The position numbers were made by a program, and so were the translations under genes. From Candidatus Evtepia faecigallinarum (lineage in GTDB: Bacteria > Bacillota > Clostridia > Oscillospirales > Oscillospiraceae), in NCBI GenBank assembly GCA_019115225.1, contig DXEA01000114.1, positions 16,165-80,164 on the forward strand: a stretch of DNA of 64,000 nt. Direction: 5' to 3'. Shown here piece after piece: positions 60,596 through 64,000 of this stretch. Below the pieces are notes generated by a model. The model was given only the letters and a program-made list of their open reading frames with translations. It was not told the origin of the DNA and made no database searches. Every line of letters starts with the position of its first letter. The stretch's first letter is position 1.

Positions 60596-62370
60596 GCGCC
60601 CTCTCCTCCTTTCTCCACCAGCTGGGCGATCTGATCTTCCATGTCGGTGGCCATCTGTTCATAGGCACCTTGGTAGCTCTCTTCGGGGACACTCTTGGCC
60701 CGGCCGATGGCAGCCCGTACCGGGATGCTGAACAGGTCATAGGGTGCCACACCCTTCTCCAGGGCGTCCCGGCAGAGCTTGTCGTAATCCAGAATGATCT
60801 GCATCAGTCTGGCCTGACGGTCATAGTTGGAGAAGGAGTCGATGTCCACGAAGGCGTTTTGCTGCAGGAAGTCCTCCCGGATCATCTTGGCGGTCTCCAG
60901 GGTCAGCTGGTCGCCGGGGGCCAGGCCGTCCTTACCAACCAGCTGCACGATCTCGTTGAGGTTGGCCTCCTGCTGCAGCAGGCTCATGGCCTTGGCCCGG
61001 TTCTGGAAGAAGTGCTTGCCCAGATACTCATCGGACCAGGGCTTGAGGGAGTCCAGATACAGGGAGTAGGAGTTGAGCCAGTTGACTGCCGGGAAGTGAC
61101 GGGCATAGGCCAAGGAGGAATCCAGGGCCCAGAACACCTTGACGATACGCATGGTGCCCTGGGAGACAGGCTCGGACAGGTCGCCGCCGGGAGGCGAGAC
61201 CGCGCCCACTGCCGTCAGGGAGCCCCGGCGTCCGTCGGAGCCCACGCACTGGACCACGCCGGCCCGCTCATAGAACTGAGACAGACGGGAGGCCAGGTAG
61301 GCGGGATAGCCTTCCTCGCCGGGCATCTCTTCCAGACGGCCGGACATCTCACGCAGAGCCTCGGCCCAGCGGGAGGTGGAGTCGGCGATGACGGCCACAT
61401 CGTAGCCCATGTCCCGGAAGTACTCGGCGATGGTGATGCCGGTGTACACCGAGGCCTCACGGGCGGCCACAGGCATGTCGGAGGTGTTGGCGATGAGCAC
61501 CGTCCGCTTCATCAGGGACTCGCCGGTGCGGGGGTCCACCAGTTCGGGGAACTCCTGCAGCACGTCGGTCATCTCATTGCCGCGCTCGCCGCAGCCGATA
61601 TAGACCACCACATCCACGTCAGACCACTTGGCCAACGCATGCTGCACCACAGTCTTGCCCGAGCCGAAGGGGCCGGGCACGGCTGCCGTGCCGCCCTTGG
61701 CCACGGGGAACATGGTGTCGATGACCCGCTGGCCGGACTGGAGGGGGGTGTTGGGGGCGAACTTTTTGGCATAGGGCCGGCCCACACGGACGGGCCACTT
61801 CTGCATCATGGTCAGTTCCTTTTCCTTCCCCTGGTCGGTCTCCAGCACGGCCACCGTTTCGGTGACGGTATAGGAGCCGGACTGGATGGAGCGGATGGTG
61901 CCGGACAGGCCGATGGGGACCATGATCTTGTGCTGAACCGAGGGGGTCTCCCGGACGGTGCCGATGATGTCCCCTTCCGACACATGGGTCCCGGGGGCCA
62001 CTGCGGCCTTAAAGTCCCACTTGCGCTCCCGGTTCAGGGCGGGCACTTCCACGCCCCGGGGGAGGTTGTTGGAGCCGGTCAGCTCGGCGATGGCCTCCAA
62101 GGGCCGCTGGATGCCGTCATAGATCATCTCAATCAGACCAGGCCCCAGCTCTACGGACAGGGGGGCGCCGGTGGTCTCCACCACGGCGCCGGGACCCAGG
62201 CCCGAGGTCTCCTCGTAGACCTGGATGGATGCGGCGTCCCCTGTCATGGTCAGCACCTCGCCGATGAGCCGCTGCTCACCCACACGGACCACGTCGGCCA
62301 TGTTCGCCTCAGCAAGGCCCGTGGCCACCACCAGGGGGCCGGAAACTTTCACAACTTTGCCGCTGCTCAT
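60592..62370 (-). CDS. atpA: V-type ATP synthase subunit A (catalytic), 592 aa
   Basis: Walker [10 protein letters not shown], ..[13 protein letters not shown].., ..[10 protein letters not shown].. Overlaps the subunit B start by 4 nt. Confidence 0.92.
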   Translation of the reverse strand: MSSGKVVKVSGPLVVATGLAEANMADVVRVGEQRLIGEVLTMTGDAASIQVYEETSGLGPGAVVETTGAPLSVELGPGLIEMIYDGIQRPLEAIAELTGSNNLPRGVEVPALNRERKWDFKAAVAPGTHVSEGDIIGTVRETPSVQHKIMVPIGLSGTIRSIQSGSYTVTETVAVLETDQGKEKELTMMQKWPVRVGRPYAKKFAPNTPLQSGQRVIDTMFPVAKGGTAAVPGPFGSGKTVVQHALAKWSDVDVVVYIGCGERGNEMTDVLQEFPELVDPRTGESLMKRTVLIANTSDMPVAAREASVYTGITIAEYFRDMGYDVAVIADSTSRWAEALREMSGRLEEMPGEEGYPAYLASRLSQFYERAGVVQCVGSDGRRGSLTAVGAVSPPGGDLSEPVSQGTMRIVKVFWALDSSLAYARHFPAVNWLNSYSLYLDSLKPWSDEYLGKHFFQNRAKAMSLLQQEANLNEIVQLVGKDGLAPGDQLTLETAKMIREDFLQQNAFVDIDSFSNYDRQARLMQIILDYDKLCRDALEKGVAPYDLFSIPVRAAIGRAKSVPEESYQGAYEQMATDMEDQIAQLVEKGGEGA

Positions 62371-62457
62371 AGGTTACTCTTCCCTTCTTTCAACCAATGG
62401 GCCTTGCCAGGAGCAAGGGCCGGTTTTTTCTCGCGTTTCTGCCGGGGCCGCGCCCCA

Positions 62458-62766
62458 TCACAGAATATCGGCACCCACGGCGCGTTCCACCGCCGAGGTG
62501 ATGTTTTTCATGCCAATGCCCAGGGACCCCTCCTTGCCGGGGATGAGGATGATGGCCGGGGTCACCTGGCTTTGATAGCGGGCCAGCAGGTCCGCCAGCT
62601 GCTGCCCCAGCTGTTCCGTCAGATAGAGGATGGCATAGTCCTCCTTGGCCAGCTGGTTGACAGTCTGCCGGGCCTGCTCTACCGTCTCGGTGGGAAAAAC
62701 CGACAGCCCCAGGGCCTGAAAGCCCAGGACGCTGTCCCGGTCCCCCACTACAGCGATCTTATACAT
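62458..62766 (-). CDS. V-type ATP synthase subunit F, 102 aa
   Basis: MYKIAVVGDRDSVLGFQALG.. The ATG at 62766 overlaps the subunit C stop by 8 nt. The ORF-track start at 62775 is an alternative. Confidence 0.85.
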   Translation of the reverse strand: MYKIAVVGDRDSVLGFQALGLSVFPTETVEQARQTVNQLAKEDYAILYLTEQLGQQLADLLARYQSQVTPAIILIPGKEGSLGIGMKNITSAVERAVGADIL

Positions 62767-63763
62767 AAGCCTCACGCAGCCTTTCTCGGATCACGTCGGT
62801 GGGCAGGCCCGCCAGACGGCCGGTCATGATAATGCGGATGGCCACGATCTCCGCCTCCTTGGCGGCCAGGTAAGCGATCACCGGCGCCTCGCCGAAAGAG
62901 ACGAACCGGGCGTCCTTGATGTAGTCGATGATGGTGTCGTCGCAGAGTTTTTCAAACAGGGTCAAACTCTCCCCCCGCACAGCGGCCGCGCCCGCCTCAG
63001 CGGCTTTGGCCAGGGGTGTGGGTGCATAGAGCTCTTCCAGCATGGCGCCGGCGTTGACGCTGTCTATCAGCCGTCCGGCCTCCATGGTGCCGCCCTCAAA
63101 GAGGATGCCCTCCAAAAATTCTCCGCCCTTGCCCATCCGAAGCACCCGGACCACCGTGCGCAGGTTGGCGGTGTCGATGGACCGCTGGACGTACCCCTCC
63201 AGGAAGGACGAGCCCGTTTTTTGGGCGATCTGCCACAGCTCCTGGAAGTAGTAACGGTCTAAGGTAAAGTCCCCCAGCTGGGGGTCCCGGGTGGTGGAAA
63301 GGACCTGCCGGGCCTCCAGAAGGGCCTGCCCCAGCAGAGGGGGCAGGTCCATGGACTCCCCGCCCCGCAGGGCGGCGGCCATGGTCTCGGAGGGGATGCG
63401 GCCGGTCTCCACCAGCAGGCGGTCTGCCTGGGTCCCGGTGGCCTCGCTTTTCAGCAAAACCTTCCCGTTGTGATAGTCATACTGGATCTGAAAGACCGCC
63501 AGGATGGCCGGGTCAGGCACCAGCTGACTCAGATCCTCCATGACCCGCTCCCGCTCCCGGGTGAGCATCTCCCCTACGGTGGCGCCGGTGACCAGCTCCA
63601 GCTCGGGGTAGCCGCAGTCGCTGAGCATGCGGGCCGCGTCCTCCGGGGTGGTTGCCTCCAGCATCTGGTCCATCTTGCTCCGGTCCAGCAGCTGACACTC
63701 CAGGGCCCGGACCCGGGTGGTCAAAAACAGATAGTCAGTGTCGCGTCGTTTCTCATCCAACAT
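62759..63763 (-). CDS. V-type ATP synthase subunit C (d-type), 334 aa
   Basis: ..DYLFLTTRVRALE.. N-terminus. Size and position between E and F are as in the ECFABD operon order. Confidence 0.85.
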   Translation of the reverse strand: MLDEKRRDTDYLFLTTRVRALECQLLDRSKMDQMLEATTPEDAARMLSDCGYPELELVTGATVGEMLTRERERVMEDLSQLVPDPAILAVFQIQYDYHNGKVLLKSEATGTQADRLLVETGRIPSETMAAALRGGESMDLPPLLGQALLEARQVLSTTRDPQLGDFTLDRYYFQELWQIAQKTGSSFLEGYVQRSIDTANLRTVVRVLRMGKGGEFLEGILFEGGTMEAGRLIDSVNAGAMLEELYAPTPLAKAAEAGAAAVRGESLTLFEKLCDDTIIDYIKDARFVSFGEAPVIAYLAAKEAEIVAIRIIMTGRLAGLPTDVIRERLREAYV

Positions 63764-63787
63764 GGTCTCCCCCCCTTTCCTGGGCTC

Positions 63788-64000
63788 TCACAGCCCTTTG
63801 GTCCGGGGGTAGAGAATCTCCGCCACCTGGCCGCCGAGCTGGGTCCGCCGCTGACGGACCAGCATTTCAAAGGTGCAGTTGGCATCCACCGCCCCCTGGC
63901 GCAGGATGCAGCCGCCCTGGATCTCCGGGTCCTCCAGGCCCAGGGTCAGCCGGCCGCCCTGGATGAGGGCGTTGGCCTGGTCCACCACCTTCTGCCCATA
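63788..64000 (-). CDS. V-type ATP synthase subunit E, C-terminal part only (5' end beyond the window)
   Basis: ..GGCILRQGAVDANCTFEMLVRQRRTQLGGQVAEILY.. resembles subunit E C-termini, and the operon position fits. Confidence 0.65.
   Translation of the reverse strand, partial: YGQKVVDQANALIQGGRLTLGLEDPEIQGGCILRQGAVDANCTFEMLVRQRRTQLGGQVAEILYPRTKGL

Noticed and set aside
58505-62829. 583-aa and 719-aa plus-strand ORFs over the V-ATPase D/B and A/F genes
   Set aside because: They are antisense to highly conserved ATPase subunits (Walker motifs are on the minus strand). This is the typical high-GC mirror-ORF artefact.

Overview
GC-rich chromosomal segment of Firmicutes/Clostridia type. The taxon call is an inference from spoIIM, a V-type ATPase operon, iorAB, the queA-tgt-yajC order and strong G/C third-position bias; it looks like an Oscillospiraceae/Ruminococcaceae-like gut anaerobe. 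I support about 57 protein genes. I found no rRNA, tRNA, CRISPR array, IS element or prophage.

Gene order, left to right:
- A tightly coupled dlt-like esterification operon on the minus strand (adenylase, PLP decarboxylase, carrier protein, MBOAT, SGNH protein).
- A divergent lipoprotein plus OmpR-type response regulator plus histidine kinase operon.
- A flavodoxin/aldo-keto reductase/LysR/lipoprotein-flavodoxin cluster.
- Housekeeping genes: pcrA, mpg-like glycosylase, PPTase, murC, peptidases.
- An acyl-CoA synthetase, TrpR-like regulator and iorAB cluster.
- An orphan 682-aa extracellular protein.
- A frameshifted preA-like gene, an XRE/membrane pair and an SSF symporter.
- prfB, murD, three tandem M42 peptidases, ynbB-like, ligA.
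- xerC/D-like, spoIIM, yajC, tgt, queA, then asd and dapA.
- An unusual operon built around a 1,565-aa multi-domain protein, plus an FkbM methyltransferase.
- The distal part of a V-type ATPase operon (E-C-F-A-B-D).

Most interesting observations:
1. The giant HD / NadD-like / GNAT-like / PRTase-like fusion. It has its own consensus promoter and is translationally coupled to an atypical LDH-like dehydrogenase and a double flavodoxin-fold protein.
2. The non-canonical dlt-like operon that contains a decarboxylase.
3. A tripartite TTAAGAA direct-repeat operator with identical spacing, duplicated in opposite orientations in front of both divergent operons next to the two-component system.

Many long ORFs in the track are antisense shadow ORFs typical of high-GC DNA and were rejected. 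All functional calls come from motif and family recognition by eye; no database search was run.
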